DNA from: Mobula hypostoma
Taxonomy: Eukaryota
Reading direction: 5' to 3'
DNA length: 64,000 nt
Assembly: GCF_963921235.1 (NCBI RefSeq)
Contig: NC_086108.1
Coordinates: forward strand, 930,001 to 994,000
This document shows, one piece after another, positions 36,726 through 49,669 of this stretch (its first letter is position 1; each line of letters begins with the position of its first letter). The notes under the pieces are model-generated. The model ran no database searches, was not told the origin of the DNA, and worked only from the letters and a program-made list of their open reading frames with translations. Made by a program: the position numbers and the translations under genes.

Positions 36726-37071
36726 GTCAACTGTGCCCAAGAAACCGTCCAGAGAGAATTGGGTATTGAGGTAATTGCAATATGCACAGATGTTGCATAG
36801 AAGGAGGTTTGGATGCCATTAATAGAGGGAGAAGCAGAATGCGACTAAAGTTTCAGACTGCAGTGTTGAATAAGGGTTGGGTTCCTGAATAGCTACAGGG
36901 TTAAGTAATATCGGGATGCTAGGGCTATGTCAGTGATGTGAAATGCCCGTCCTACCAGCAATTAGTATAGTAAATAATACAAAAAACTGGAAGCAGTCAG
37001 CTCAGGTAGCAGCTGTGCAAAGAAAAAAAAAGTAGTTTACATTTCAGGTCTGTGATCGTTTGTCTGGTAGG

Positions 37072-37710
37072 ACCATAAGACATAGGAGCAAATTAGGCCC
37101 CAAGGCGCATCGAGTCTGCTCTACCATTCCATCATGGCTGATTTAATATTCCCCTCAACCCCATTCTCCTGCCTCCTCCCTGTAACCTTTCATGCCCTGA
37201 CTAATCAAGAACCTATCAACCGTGGAAGTTCACGAGAGTGATCCTGGGAATGAAAGAGTTAATGCACCTTATGTGGAGCGTTTGATGGCTCTGGGCCTGT
37301 ACTTGTTGATATTTAGAAGAATGGGGGTGGGTGGGAATCTCATTGAAACTAATAAAATATTAGAATGCCTAGATAGAGTGGACATAGAGAGGATGCTTCC
37401 TCAAGTGGGAGAGCCTGGGACCAGAGAGGACAGCCTCAGAACACAAGGACATCGGTGTAGAACAGAGATGAGGAGGAATTTCTTTAGCAAAAGGGTGTTG
37501 GGTCTGTGAAATTCATTGCCACAGACAGCTATAGGGGCCTAGTCATTGGGGGTAGTTAAAGCGGAAGTTGATAGGTTTTTGTGTTAAAGGTTTTGGGGAG
37601 AAGGCAGAAGAATGGGGTTGAGAGGAAAAATAAATCAGCCGTGATGGAATGGTATGGAGCACACTCAGTGGGCCGAATGGCCCAATTCTGCTGCTGTGTG
37701 TTATCATCTT
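37072..37710. mobile_element. Two CR1 3' ends joined head to head
   Basis: 37072-37221 is a minus-strand CR1 3' UTR. 37222-37710 is a plus-strand CR1 3' part ending in the same UTR, giving about 150-bp imperfect inverted arms. Confidence 0.7.
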
Positions 37711-38764
37711 AACCACTCTTCCTGTTGATATAAAAGACCACATGGCACTACTGGAGAAAATCGGAGGCGTTCTCCACTGCCACTTGGCTAACACCATAAT
37801 GCTGGTTGAGCTTACTTGCAAATCAGCTGCTGTACCTCCAAAATTGCAGCACCAATTACACTTCCCTGGCATCTAAAGAATACAACTGCAGGTTCCTTTC
37901 TTTTACATTCTAGAGAGGGGCTTGTGCTCAGCTCTCCAGCCTTGCGAATCCTATCCAGCTGTCACTCACTGCATCTGTGGAGGAGAGAGCGATGTCTGGA
38001 TGTCAGATTCTTGATGCACAGTATTGAGCTGAGCCCCAGAGATATCTGACCCTGACTACCCCATTGCCACTAAAATTTTGTGCTGTCTCAACATGGGACA
38101 CTACAGCACAGTCTATAAGTTGTGCTGACCTTCTAAGTCACTGTAAGATCAATCTAACCCTTCCACCCCCACCCCCACATAGCCCTCCATTTTTTTTTTA
38201 TCACCCATGTGCTTATCTAAGAGACTCTTCAATATCCCTAATGTATCTGTCTCTACCACCACCCCTGGCAGGGTGATCCACACACCCTCTGTAAAGAAAA
38301 ACGTACCACTCACATTCCCCTTCAATCATCTTAAAATTATGCTGCCTCACATTGGCCAACTCTGCCTTGGGGGAAAACGTCTGTGACTGTCCGTGCGATC
38401 TGTGCCTCTTACTATCTTTATCAAGTTGCCTCTCATGCTGTTTCGCTCCCACGAGAAAAGCCCTAGCTCGCTCAACTTATTCTCATAAGACATGCTCTCT
38501 AATCCATTTAGCATCCTGGTGAGGTGAATTTAATATACCTGGGCAGTCCATGCTCACTGACTCTATACCTACCCATAGTGCCCTCACCGTAATACCTGTA
38601 ATCCGGTGTTCAAATCCAGGTCCAGGTCTGTCAGTGGTAGCTTTTGTTGCCAAGACGTTAGAAAGCAAAACAGGTTTTGGTGTTTGGTGAAATCCCAGAG
38701 AGCTGTTTGTGCTCAGCAGCAAGATCCCAATGGGATGGGCTGCTCAGGACTGCGATATGTCGTA

Positions 38765-39363
38765 GCAGCACATGCAGAATACTGGAGGAACTCAGCAGGT
38801 CAGGCTAAGTGGATTTTCGGCATCTGATGTTTGAAATATGTCGCACCTTTGTGGATGGTGGGGAGGAGTAAACATTTCTGGCTGAGCTCCTTCATCAGGA
38901 TTGAATGCCTTATATTCCGGCTGGGCATGTCCATCGATCTTTCGAATTTCTTGTAATTCCTCCCCCCGTTCCCTTCTCTCTTTCTCCATTTCCCATTCTG
39001 GCTCCCCCTCACCTGCTCATCACCTTCCTCTGGTTCCCCTCCTTCCCTCCCTCCTGTGGTTCTCTTTCCTCTCCTACCAGACAACCTCTTCCTCCCATCA
39101 CCTCCCAGCTTTTTACTTCATCTCCCCACCCACCCACACACCTTCCCCCTCACCTGGTCTCATCTATCACCTGCGAGCTTATACTATTCCCCTCTCCCTC
39201 ACCTTCTTATTCTGGCATCTTCCCCCTGCCATTCCAGTCCTGATGGAGGGTCTCAGCCTGAAATGTGGACTGTTTATGCCTCTCCATAAGCCTGACTTAC
39301 TGAGTTCCTCCAGCAATTTGTGTGTTGCTCCCTTTTCCCAGCATCTGCAGAATCTCTTGCATT
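38765..39363 (+). mobile_element. Older Penelope insertion with inverted 5' arm
   Basis: Inverted pLTR piece 38765-38900, then forward UTR, degenerate hammerhead at 39235-39272 and tail. TSD tgcgatatgtcgta (38751-38764) / tgtaatatgttgta (39364-39377). Confidence 0.7.
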
Positions 39364-39486
39364 TGTAATATGTTGTACCCTTGTGGTTGTGCCCCTGTGG
39401 GATAGGTCCAGCTGGAATCTCCTTGAAGGGCTGGGTGTTATCCTCAAAGTTCAAAGTACATTTGTTATTTAAGTATGTATGCATTA

Positions 39487-40098
39487 TGAGGGGTGATTGC
39501 TAAGTTCGTGGCCTAAGGTAGATGGAGTCAATTTTAGAAAACCTAGCACATACATTTTTCAACATAGTACCCTCCTACATATACATACTTAGTCCAGCGG
39601 TCATGGAGTATACAGATCCCTTCTTTGTAGAAGTGGTCCACAGCAGGAGTGATTGATAAGTAAGGTAGAAGGAGATGAGTTATTAACTTCAAACTTTCTG
39701 CATTATCACTCAGAGTTGAACCGCACGTGCATGTAACGAGAGTGTCTTGGATCTCCAGGTGGTCCACAATAGGGATGATTGATAAGTTCGTGCCCTAAGG
39801 TAGAAGGAGATGAGTTATACCGCTTTCGTTACATGTACGTGCAGTTCAGCTCTTTGAGTGAAAATGCAGAAAGTTTGAAGTTAATAACTCATCTCCTTCT
39901 ACCTTAGGCCACGAGCTTATCAATCACCCCTGCTGTGGACCACTTCTGGAGGTCCAAGATGCCAGCTTCTACAAAGAAGGGATCCGTATGCTTCACGACC
40001 ACTGGACTAAGTGTCTAAATGTAGGAAAAATGAATGTGCTAGGTTTTCTAAACTTGACTCCTTCTACCTTAGGCCACGAACTTATCAATCACCCCTTG
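39487..40098. mobile_element. Mariner-derived fold-back MITE with nested TIR copies, TA TSD
   Basis: TIR gggtgattgataagttcgtggcctaaggtagaaggag at both ends and three more times inside. Arms encode FYKEGI..LHD.WTK..., a mariner transposase C-terminus. TA at 39485-39486 and 39099+1000 (40099-40100). Confidence 0.85.
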
Positions 40099-41446
40099 TA
40101 TACAACTTTGAGGTTTGACTCCAGACAGGCAGACACAAAACAAAGAAACCCAAAAGAGCCCATTTTTAAAAAAAGATTACCAAGTGCACAGAGACAAAAA
40201 GCCAAATCGCGCAAACAATAATTGAATCTAATTCAAGTTTAATTGTCATTCGTCCATACATGAATACAGCCAAAGGGGCAGCATTACTCTGGGGCAAGGT
40301 GCAAAACACAGTACCAACAGTTACACACAGCACAAAGCATGCATAAGATAGCAAGCTCAAATGGTATTGCAATCATGCAATAAAAGTCAAAAGCTCATGC
40401 TATCTATCCACAGTTGACCACATTAGAGACCGTCTCCTGCCGAGCAAACGTTTGGGGGCAGGGGCAACACCAACTCCAGCCTGGATGCCATGCCACAGCG
40501 CACCAGCCCTGACGACACTGGTTTGAAGCATAAAAATCAGCAAGCAAATAGTGTTCTGAGGCCCACAAAGAGAGTACATCCCCACACCCTTAGATCAGCG
40601 CAGAGCCAAGCAGCAGGCTGAATCGACCTGTCCCTCGCCTCAGGGCCCAGACGTGCTGACTTTTTCCATCTGGCCCGGTGCCCAAGTCATCATTCAAACT
40701 TCGGTTTCAGTGGCTTGGGTAATGCTCTGGGACTCGGACCCCACCGCCTTGATTCAACCTGTACGTGTCCTTTCCATTTGGGCCTGAAGGGGTGGGCCAG
40801 ACCTGGTGCTGCGATCGTTGGTATTTGCATCATTGGCGTGTGTGGAGTTTTCCACACTGCTTGTTGCAGCTGCGCTGTGACTCAGCACTGCTTGCTGGCT
40901 GTAACTTGGAACACGATTGTCACTAAATAATAACATATTATTAGGATTGTAGAAAATTGAAAACCAGCGTACCATACATCTTCATAACAACGTTGCAGCT
41001 CTATAAAATCCGAGTTGGACCACACTTGGAGTATTCTGTTCAGTTCTGGTCACCTCATTTATAGCAAGGATGTGGAAGCTTTAGAGAGGGTTCGGAAGAG
41101 ATTTGTCCAGCTGCTGCCTGGTTGAGCGAGCTAGGGCTTTTCTTTGGAGAGGAGGAGGTAGAGGGGTGACTTGATAGGGGTGTGCAAGAAGATGAGAAGC
41201 GTAGATTGAATGGGTAGCCAGAGTCTTCTTCCCAGAGTGGAAATGGCTAATAAGAGGGGGCATGATTTTACGGTGAATGGAGGAAAGTATCGGGGAGATG
41301 TCAGAGGTAAGTTTTTTTTTAATAGGGAAAGTGGTGGGTGCTTGGAACATCACGGGCCAAAAGGTCTACACTGTGCTATAATATTCTGTTTTTCTATGTT
41401 TCTGAATGTTTTGTATGTAATAAATCCTTTGTTTGCATTTTTCTAG

Positions 41447-41452
41447 CATATG
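41447..41452 (+). CDS. CLASRP: Candidate alternative 6-nt microexon CATATG (His-Met) of CLASRP
   Basis: tcctttgtttgcatttttctag|CATATG|gtgagc; lies in a phase-0 intron so frame is kept; TGC at -13..-11. No transcript evidence. Confidence 0.55.
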
Positions 41453-41672
41453 GTGAGCCTGTAAATTTAATTTGAAATCTCGGGACTTAAGTGTCCACGG
41501 CGTGCTCCTGTTGTCCTGCACCTCAGCTGGTTGAGACATTTATAGTTTCCAGAAAGAAAAAAAATGAGCACAATTCTCTCCAGCTCCCCTCGGGCCGATG
41601 CTACAGTGTTTAATACTGTCTGAACCTGAAGCATTGTTTCCCCTTGTAAATGTTACTTCGTTTCTCTTGCAG

Positions 41673-41733
41673 CCGAAGCTAACGCCACAGGAGAAACTGA
41701 AGCTTCGCATGCAGAAGGCACTGAATAAGCAAT
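41673..41733 (+). CDS. CLASRP: CLASRP exon, PKLTPQEKLKLRMQKALNKQ(F)
   Basis: Acceptor tttctcttgcag|, donor t|gtaagc; 61 nt, phase 0 to 1. Confidence 0.97.
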
Positions 41734-42442
41734 GTAAGCACGCGTGTCCTGGGCTGCAGGGCTCCCCTGCGGTGTTATTGCTGCACGGAAGCTGCCCTAT
41801 ATCGCCAAGGGGATTCGGGGGACTCTGAACAAAGAGGGCAAGTCACCATTTAGAGTCTGTGATCATGTAGAGTCCTAGAGTGCAATGCTTTATCATACCA
41901 GCGACCTGGGATCATTCCTACTGCTGCCTATAATGAGTTTGTACGTTCTCCCCGTGACCACATGAGTTTCCTCCGGGTGCTCCGGTTTCCTCCCACAGTC
42001 CAAAGATGTACCGGCTGGTAGGTGAAATGCTCATTGTGCAGCAGCAGGTCATTCCAATACAGAATAATAAAAACTATGATTTACAGTGTGTGTTTATATG
42101 TATATGTGTACTTTTAATTAAATTTAACATTATATAGATACATAATGATAAATTAACTAAATAATGCAAAAAGGAAGAAAAATTAGTGAAGTAATGTTCA
42201 TCTGTCAGAAATCTGCTCAAGTCTTTGGTGATGTACCAGATCTCCTCAGACTCTGAATGACATGTAGCCACTGTCTTCAAATCACATTTAATCCATGGTG
42301 GGTGTTAGTAGAGTGACAAAGCCTGCAGGGTTGAGTCAGGTGGGGATGGCAGAGGCATGAATCACGACTGTATTATCTGGGGGTGGTAACTTGTCACGGA
42401 TGCAGGCGTGACCTGTTTGTTTTTTTTTTGTTTTGTCGGCAG

Positions 42443-42501
42443 TTAAAGCAGACAAGAAGGCTGCACAGGAGAAACAGCTACAGCAGGAGCAGGAGCGACA
42501 G
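42443..42501 (+). CDS. CLASRP: CLASRP exon, KADKKAAQEKQLQQEQERQ
   Basis: T-rich tract ending cggcag|, donor cag|gtaggc; 59 nt, phase 1 to 0. Confidence 0.96.
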
Positions 42502-42979
42502 GTAGGCCTCCAGAGTAGCAGGCACTCCCACCACCTACGTCTCTGGTTACACCATAGAACAGTATGGGCCTTTCAGCTCACAGTGTGGTGCAGAACTTCA
42601 ACACTCTCCAAGATCTGTCTCACTGTTCCCTCCTGCATAGCCTTCCATTTTTCTATCACCCATGTGCCTATCTAAGAGTCTCTTAAATGTCCCTACTGAA
42701 TCTCCCTCTACCACTAGGACGTCCCATGCACCCACCACTCTGTTTAAAACAAACCTACCTCTGACTCCCCCCACCCTCTGATACTTCCCTATAAACACCT
42801 TAAAGTTCTTGTGTATTACCTATTTCCTTCCTGGGAGAAAGGTCTTTGGCTGTCCATGCCTCTTATCATATTGTGCACCCCTGTCAAGTCACCATTATTG
42901 ATGTAACACACACACTGTGCTGGAGGAACTCAGCAGGTCAGGCCAAAGCAATACACATAAAATGCTGGAGGAACTCATG

Positions 42980-45900
42980 AGACTATAAGACAAGGGAGCA
43001 GAATTAGGCCATTCAACCCATTGAGTCTGTTCCGCCATTCCATCATGACTGATCCCAGATCTCATTCAACCCCACACACCTGCCTTCTCGCCATATCCTT
43101 TGATGCCCTGACCGATCAGGAAAGGATTGACTTCCACTTTAAATATACGCACAGACTTGGCCTCCACCGCAGTCTGTGGCAAAGCATTCCACAGATTTAC
43201 CACTCTCTGACTAAAAAAAATTCCTCCCTACCTCTGATCTAAAGGGCCACCGTCAGTTCTGAGTCTGTGCCCTCTAGTTCTGGACAACCACCATCATAGG
43301 AAACATCCTCTCCACATCCACCCAATCTAGTCATTTTGGTAGGTTTCAATGAGATTCCCACCACATCCTTCTAAATTCCAGTGAGTAGAGGCCCAAAGCT
43401 GCCAAATGCTCCTCATGTGTTAACCCTTCCCAGAGTCATCCTTGTTAACTTCCTCTGGACTCTCCAATGATAACACATCCTTTCTGAGATATGGGGCCCA
43501 AAACTATTGACAATATTCTATTCTAAGTGTAGCCTGACTAGTGTCTTATAAAGGCTCAGCATTCTCTTCTTGTTTTTATATTATATTCCCCTTGAAATAA
43601 ATGCCATCATTGCATTTGTCTTCTCTACCACAGACTCAACCTTAAATTAACCTTTTGGGAGTGTTGCTTGAGGAGTCCCAAGTCCCTCTGCACCTCTGAT
43701 GTTTGAACGTTCTCCCCATTTAGATAATAGTCTGCATTATTGTTCCTTTTACCAAAATGCATTATCATACATTTCCCAACACTGTATTCCATCTGCCACT
43801 TTCTTGCCCATTCTTCCAATTTGTCTAAGTCCTGCTGCAATCACATTGCTTCCTCAGCGCCACCTACCCCTCCACATTCATTGCCTCTCCTTTGTCCACC
43901 CTGCTTGTTACTTCCTTGAAGAACTCTAACAGATTTGTCAGGCAAGATTTCCCTTTACAGAAACCATGCTGACTTTGACTTATTTTATCATTAATCTCCA
44001 ACGCTTTCCCAACCACTGAGGTTAGGCTAACTAGCCTATAATTTCCTTTCTTTTGCCTTTCTCTCTTCTTAAAGAGTGGAGTGACATTTGCAATCTTCCA
44101 GTCCTCCGGGACCATGCCAGAATCAATGCATCCATTATCTCTTCAGCAATCTCTCTCAGGTCCCTGAAATATAATCCATCTGGTCCAGGTGACTTATCTG
44201 CCTTAAGACATTTCAGTCTCCCTAGCACATTTTCCTTTATATTAACAATGGCACTCACTCCTGCTACCTGGCACTCTTGGACCTCTGGCACACTGCTAGT
44301 GCCTTCCACAGTGAAGACTGATGCAAAGTACCCTTTAAGTTTATCTGCCATTTCTTTGTTCCCCATTACTCCCTCACCAGCATCATTTTCCAGTGGTTCA
44401 GTATCAACTCTCATCTCCCTTTTATTCTTTATATAACTGAAAAAACTTATAGTATCCTGTTTTATATTTGCCCTCATATTTAATCTTTTCCCTTCTTTTA
44501 GCTTTTTTAGTTGCCTTTTGTTTGATTTGGAAAGCTTCCCAATCATCTAACTTCCCATTCACTTTTGCTACCTTATAAGCCCTTTCCTTGCTTTTATGCA
44601 GTCCTTAACTTCCTTTGCCAGCCACAGTTGTCTACCCCTGCCATTTGAGAACATCATCTTCTGTGGGACATATCTATCCCGCATCTTGTGAACTATCCCC
44701 AGAAACTCCAGCCATGTCTTGCTGTGCCATTGTCCCACCAATATCCTCCTCCAATCTACATGGGCAAGCCCACAATGTCATACCGACGATTGCATCACGT
44801 GTTCGTCTGTCTTATTCCGAATGCTGTGCTCTTTTAAATACAGCATCTTCAGTCCTGCGTTTTTCATCCTTTTGAATTTTGCCTCTGTGGTACAATTTAA
44901 CTCTTTGTTCTGTCTGTTTTTGTACCCAATCATTGGCTTGTCCTTCCTTACATTCATATTACACCCATCATCTACTGGTAAACCTGCTGGCTCATCCTCA
45001 GCTCTATCAAACTGGTTCCCATCCCCTGCCATATTAGATTGAACTACGCCAAACAGCTCTAGTAAACCTGACCACATCCCCCTGCCATATTAGATTGAAC
45101 TACGCCAAACAGCTCTAGTAAACCTGACCACAAAAATATTTGTCCCTCTTAGATTCAAGTGCAACCCGTTCCTTTTGTTCAGGTCCCGTCTACCCTAGAA
45201 AAGGTCCCAGTTATCTGAAAGTCTGAATCCCTGCCCCCTGCTCCAATTCTTCAGCCACACATTTATCTGTCACCTCATTCTATTCCTATCCTCACTGTCA
45301 CATGGCAGAGGCAACAATTCTGAGATTACTACCCTGGAGGTCCTGCTTCTCAGCTTCCTTCCCAACTCCCTGTATTTTTTTTTAGGACCTCCTCCCTGTT
45401 TTCTGCTCATGTTGTTGGTACCACAACTTCTGGTGGCTCACCCTCCTTTTCCAAGTAATATATAGATGCATCCAGAAACATCGTGGACCTTGGCACTGGA
45501 AGGCAAACTACCATCCGTGTTTCCTTCTTGTGTCCACAGAATCGGCTATCTCTCCCCCTGACTATAGAGTCCCCTAATACTGCTGCCATCCTCCAGTTCC
45601 ATATAACCATATAACCATATAACAATTACAGCACAGAAACAGGCCATCTCAGCCCTTCTAGTCTGTGCCGAACACTTAGTCCCACCGACCTGCACTCAGC
45701 CCATAACCCTCCATTCCTTTCCTGTCCATATAGCTGTCCAATTTAACTTTAAATGACAACATCGAACCTGCCTCAACCACTTCTGCTGGAAGCTCGTTCC
45801 ACACAGCTACCACTCTCTGAGTAAAGAAGTTCCCCCTCATGTTACCCCTAAACTTTTGCCCTTTAAATCTCAACTCATGTCCTCTTGTTTGAATCTCTCC

Positions 45901-48205
45901 CGCTCTCAATGGAAAAAGCCTATCCACATCAACTCTATCAATTCCCCTCATAATTTTAAATACCTCTGTCAAGTCCATCCCCCCTCAACCTTCTACGCTC
46001 CAAAGAACAAAGACACAATTTGTTCAACCTTTCTCTGTAACTTAGGTGCTGGAATCCAGGTAACATTCTAGTAAATCTTCTCTGTACTCTCTCTATTTTG
46101 TTGACATCTTTCCTATAATTCGGTGACCAGAACTGTACACAATACTCCAAATTTGGCCTTACCAATGCCTTGTACAATTTTAACATTACATCCCAACTCC
46201 TATACTCAATGCTCTGATTTATAAAGGCCAGCATACCAAAAGCTTTCTTCACCACCCTATCCACATGAGATTCCACCTTCAGGGAATTATGCACCATTAT
46301 TCCTAGATCCCTCTGTTCTACTGCATTCTTCAATGCCCTGCCATTTACCATGTATGTCCTTTTTTAATTAGTCCTACCAAAATGTAGCACCTCACATTTA
46401 TCAGCATTAAACTCCATCTGCCATCTTTCAGCCCACTCTTCTAACTGGCCTAAATCTCTCTGCAAGCTTTGAAAACCTACTTCATTATCCACAGCACCAC
46501 CTATCTTAGTATTATCTGCATATTTACTAATCCAATTTACCACCCCATCATCCAGATCATTAATGTATATGACAAACAACATTGGACCCAGTACAGATCC
46601 CTGAGGCACACCACTAGACACCGTCCTCCAATCTGATAAACAGTTATCCACCACTACTCCCTGGCGTCTCCCATCCAGCCACTGTTGAATCCATTTTACT
46701 ACTTCAATATTAATACCTAACGATTGAACCTTCCTAACTAACCTTGCGTGTGGAACCTTGTCAAAGGCCTTACTGAAGTCCATAGACACAACATCCACTG
46801 CTGTACCCTCGTCAACTTTCCTAGTAGCCTCTTCAAAAAATTCAATAAGACTTGTCAAACATGACCTTCCACGCACAAATCCATGTTGACTGTTCCTAAC
46901 CAGATGATTATATATACCATCTCTAAGAATATTTCAGTTAATTTACCCACCATTGACGTCAAACTCACAGGCCGATAATTGCTAGGTTTACTCTTAGAAC
47001 CCTTTTTAAACAATGGAACAACATGAGCAATACGCCAATCCTCCGGCACCATCTCCGTTTCTAATGACATTTGAAATATTTCTGTCAGAGCCCCTGCTAG
47101 TTCTACACTAATTTCCCTCAAGGTCCTAGGGAATATCCTGTCAGGACCCAGAGACTTATCCACTTTTATAATCCTTAAAAGCGCCAGTACTTCCTCTTCT
47201 TTAATCATCATAGTTTCCATAGCTTCCCTACCTGTTTCCCTTACCTTACACAATTCAATATCCTTCTTAGTGAATACCGAAGAAAAGAAATTGTTCAAAA
47301 TCTCCCCCATCTCTTTTGGTTCCACACATAGCTGTCCACTCTGATTCTCTAAGGGACCAATTTTATCCCTCACTATCCTTTTGCTATTAATATAACTGTA
47401 GAAACCCTTTGGATTTATTTTCACCTTACTTGCCAAAGCAACCTCGTATCTTTTAGCTTTTCTAATTTCTTTCTTAAGATTCTTTTTACATTCTTTATAT
47501 TCCTCGAGCACCTCAATTAGTCCGTGCTGCCTATATTTATTGTAGATCTCTCTCTTTTCCGAACCAAGTTTCCAATATCCCTTGAAAAACATGGCTCTTT
47601 AACCTTTCCTTTCAACCTAACAGTAACATAAAGATTCTGTACCCTCAAAATTTCACCTTTAAATGACCTCCATTTCTCTATTACATCCTTCCCGTAAAAC
47701 AAATTGTCCCAATCCACTCCTTCTAAGTCCTTTCGCATCTCCTCAAAGTTAACCTTTCTCCAATCAAAAATCCCAACTCTGGGTCCAGACCTATCCTTCT
47801 CTATAATTATATTGAAACTAATAGCATTGTGATCACTGGAGCCGAAGTGCTCCCCAACACATACCTCTGTCACAGACCTATCTCATTCCCGAACAGGAGA
47901 TCCAACACTGCCCTTTCTCTGGTTGGTATCTCTATGTATTGCTGCAAAAAACCATCCTGCACACATTTCACAAACTCCAAACCAAAAAGCCCTTTTACCA
48001 TATGGGCTTCCCAACCTATGTGTGGAAAATTAAAATCTCCCACAATCACAGCCTTCCCTTTTGAGCTTCAGGGCCAGACTGAGTTCCAGAAGCTTACCCT
48101 CCCCCCCTGCAGCAGTGCACAAAACGAAGTTAGGGGGACGGTCACAGGGGTGCTCTCCACTATCTGACGTTCCCCCTTCCCTCTCCTGGCAGTCACCCAT
48201 TTATC
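42980..48205 (-). mobile_element. Old deleted CR1 (42980-45600 and 48050-48205) with a younger CR1 nested at 45601-48050
   Basis: Host has RT and ORF1-esterase remnants (LGDSIVRG). The nested copy has an (atatggtt)n tail and closely matches the 17610-21000 element. Confidence 0.88.
45020..45131. repeat. About 56-bp tandem duplication inside CR1
   Basis: catcccc(c)tgccatattagattgaactacgccaaacagctctagtaaacctgaccac occurs twice. Confidence 0.9.
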
Positions 48206-48227
48206 AGCAGGTTAGGCAGTATTGATG

Positions 48228-48442
48228 GCCAGAGCAATACACACAAAATACCGGAGGAACTCAGCAGGTCAGGCAGCACCTATGGAGAGGAATCAACGGT
48301 TGGTGTTTTGGGACAAAATCCTTCATCACGCCCCAAACATGACTGTTTATTCCTCTCCATAGCTGGTGCCTGACCTGCCGAGTTCCTCCAGCATTTTGTG
48401 TGTTTCTCTGGATTTCCAGCATCTGCAGAATCTCTTGTGTTA
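48228..48442. mobile_element. Older Penelope pLTR hairpin insertion
   Basis: Inverted arms, tail on the right, fold-back inside a decayed hammerhead. TSD-like gcagtattgatg (48216-48227) / gcattgttgatg (48443-48454). Confidence 0.65.
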
Positions 48443-48459
48443 GCATTGTTGATGATGTG

Positions 48460-48775
48460 GGCCTTTAGAGGTGGGGTGTAGAGGTTTTGCTGTCTGCTCA
48501 CTCGGTAGAACCTATTCTCTCTGTGGCGTTATGGAGTGGGGGAGCTGCAAAAAGGCCATCAGGAACATCACAGAGGCTGCTGAGCAAGCCTCCAGATGGC
48601 TATGGATCAAGAAGTGTGATCCATGGACCAGTGGTGCTGGGACACAAGCCATGGCCTAATCAATGCTGGTTGGGTCACCTAGGCGAGGGCATCTGATGTT
48701 GAAAGACCCAAAACAGCCGACGACCCCAGGTTATGAATTCCAGCCCATCTGAGGATGTATCTCAGCATCATGAGG
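48460..48775 (+). mobile_element. Hero/R2-group non-LTR retrotransposon 3' end
   Basis: EVGCRGFA...KKAIRNITEAAEQASRWLWIK restriction-like endonuclease C-terminus plus 3' UTR. Confidence 0.7.
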
Positions 48776-49669
48776 CTGAGAGATGTTCAGTAATGGGAGG
48801 AAGCTGTCTGACCACCTTGAGTTGCATTACATCACAGCAGATCTAACTCAGCTCTGGGTAACCTTGTTCCCTTGTGTGATAAGAAATGAAGGGTTCAATG
48901 TACGTTTATTATCAAAGTATGTATACATATACAACCTTGAAATTCGTCTCTTTACAGGCAGCCACTAAACAAAGACAAAAGAACCCATTTAAAAAAAGAG
49001 TCTGTCAAACACCCAATGTGCAGAGAGAGAAAAACAAGTCATGCAAACAGTAAATGCAAGCAAATAACATTTTGAACTGAAGTCCACAAAGGGAGTTTGT
49101 CCACAGATCCTTAGTTCAGTGCAGAGCCAAATAAACCTCATGGAGCAGCGAGCTGAACTGGCCCAGTTGAGTTTTACAATCTGGCCCAGCGCTTAACTCG
49201 TCATACAAATATCGGGTTCTGTCACTTTGATATGCTCTGGTATCCAATCTTGCTCCAATGTTATTTGGAATCTCCCACTAGATATTTTCTCAGTATCCAC
49301 TGGAATAAATCCCTTTAAAATCCACCACATGATCGTACCAGGGCAATCTAAACCCAGATTTCTACAAACATCTCTTGTAATTTAAACCTTTGTAAACATC
49401 ATGTTGAATTAGCATTGTGCTACTTCAAGAACACTAGAGGTGTGATAATCAGGCAGTGATTATTACTACACTAATATTTACAGTCTTAACGATTATTCTG
49501 CACTTGTGAAATTATAGCAGATATTAGTTAATTTGTCTTCAGGTCTGGTTTCATATCCCAGACGAACCCCCAAATGTGACTGACTGAGTCACTGGGGACG
49601 CTGAAGATGACGTTCTATTCAATGCAGTAGATCGTCTGGAGGGAATCTAGTTGTCCTCTCCTCAATAAT

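Noticed and set aside
48685..48725. Hammerhead-like ctgatgttgaaagacccaaaac in the Hero 3' UTR
   Set aside because: Lacks A9 and G12 of the core and has no NUH cleavage site with matching stems.
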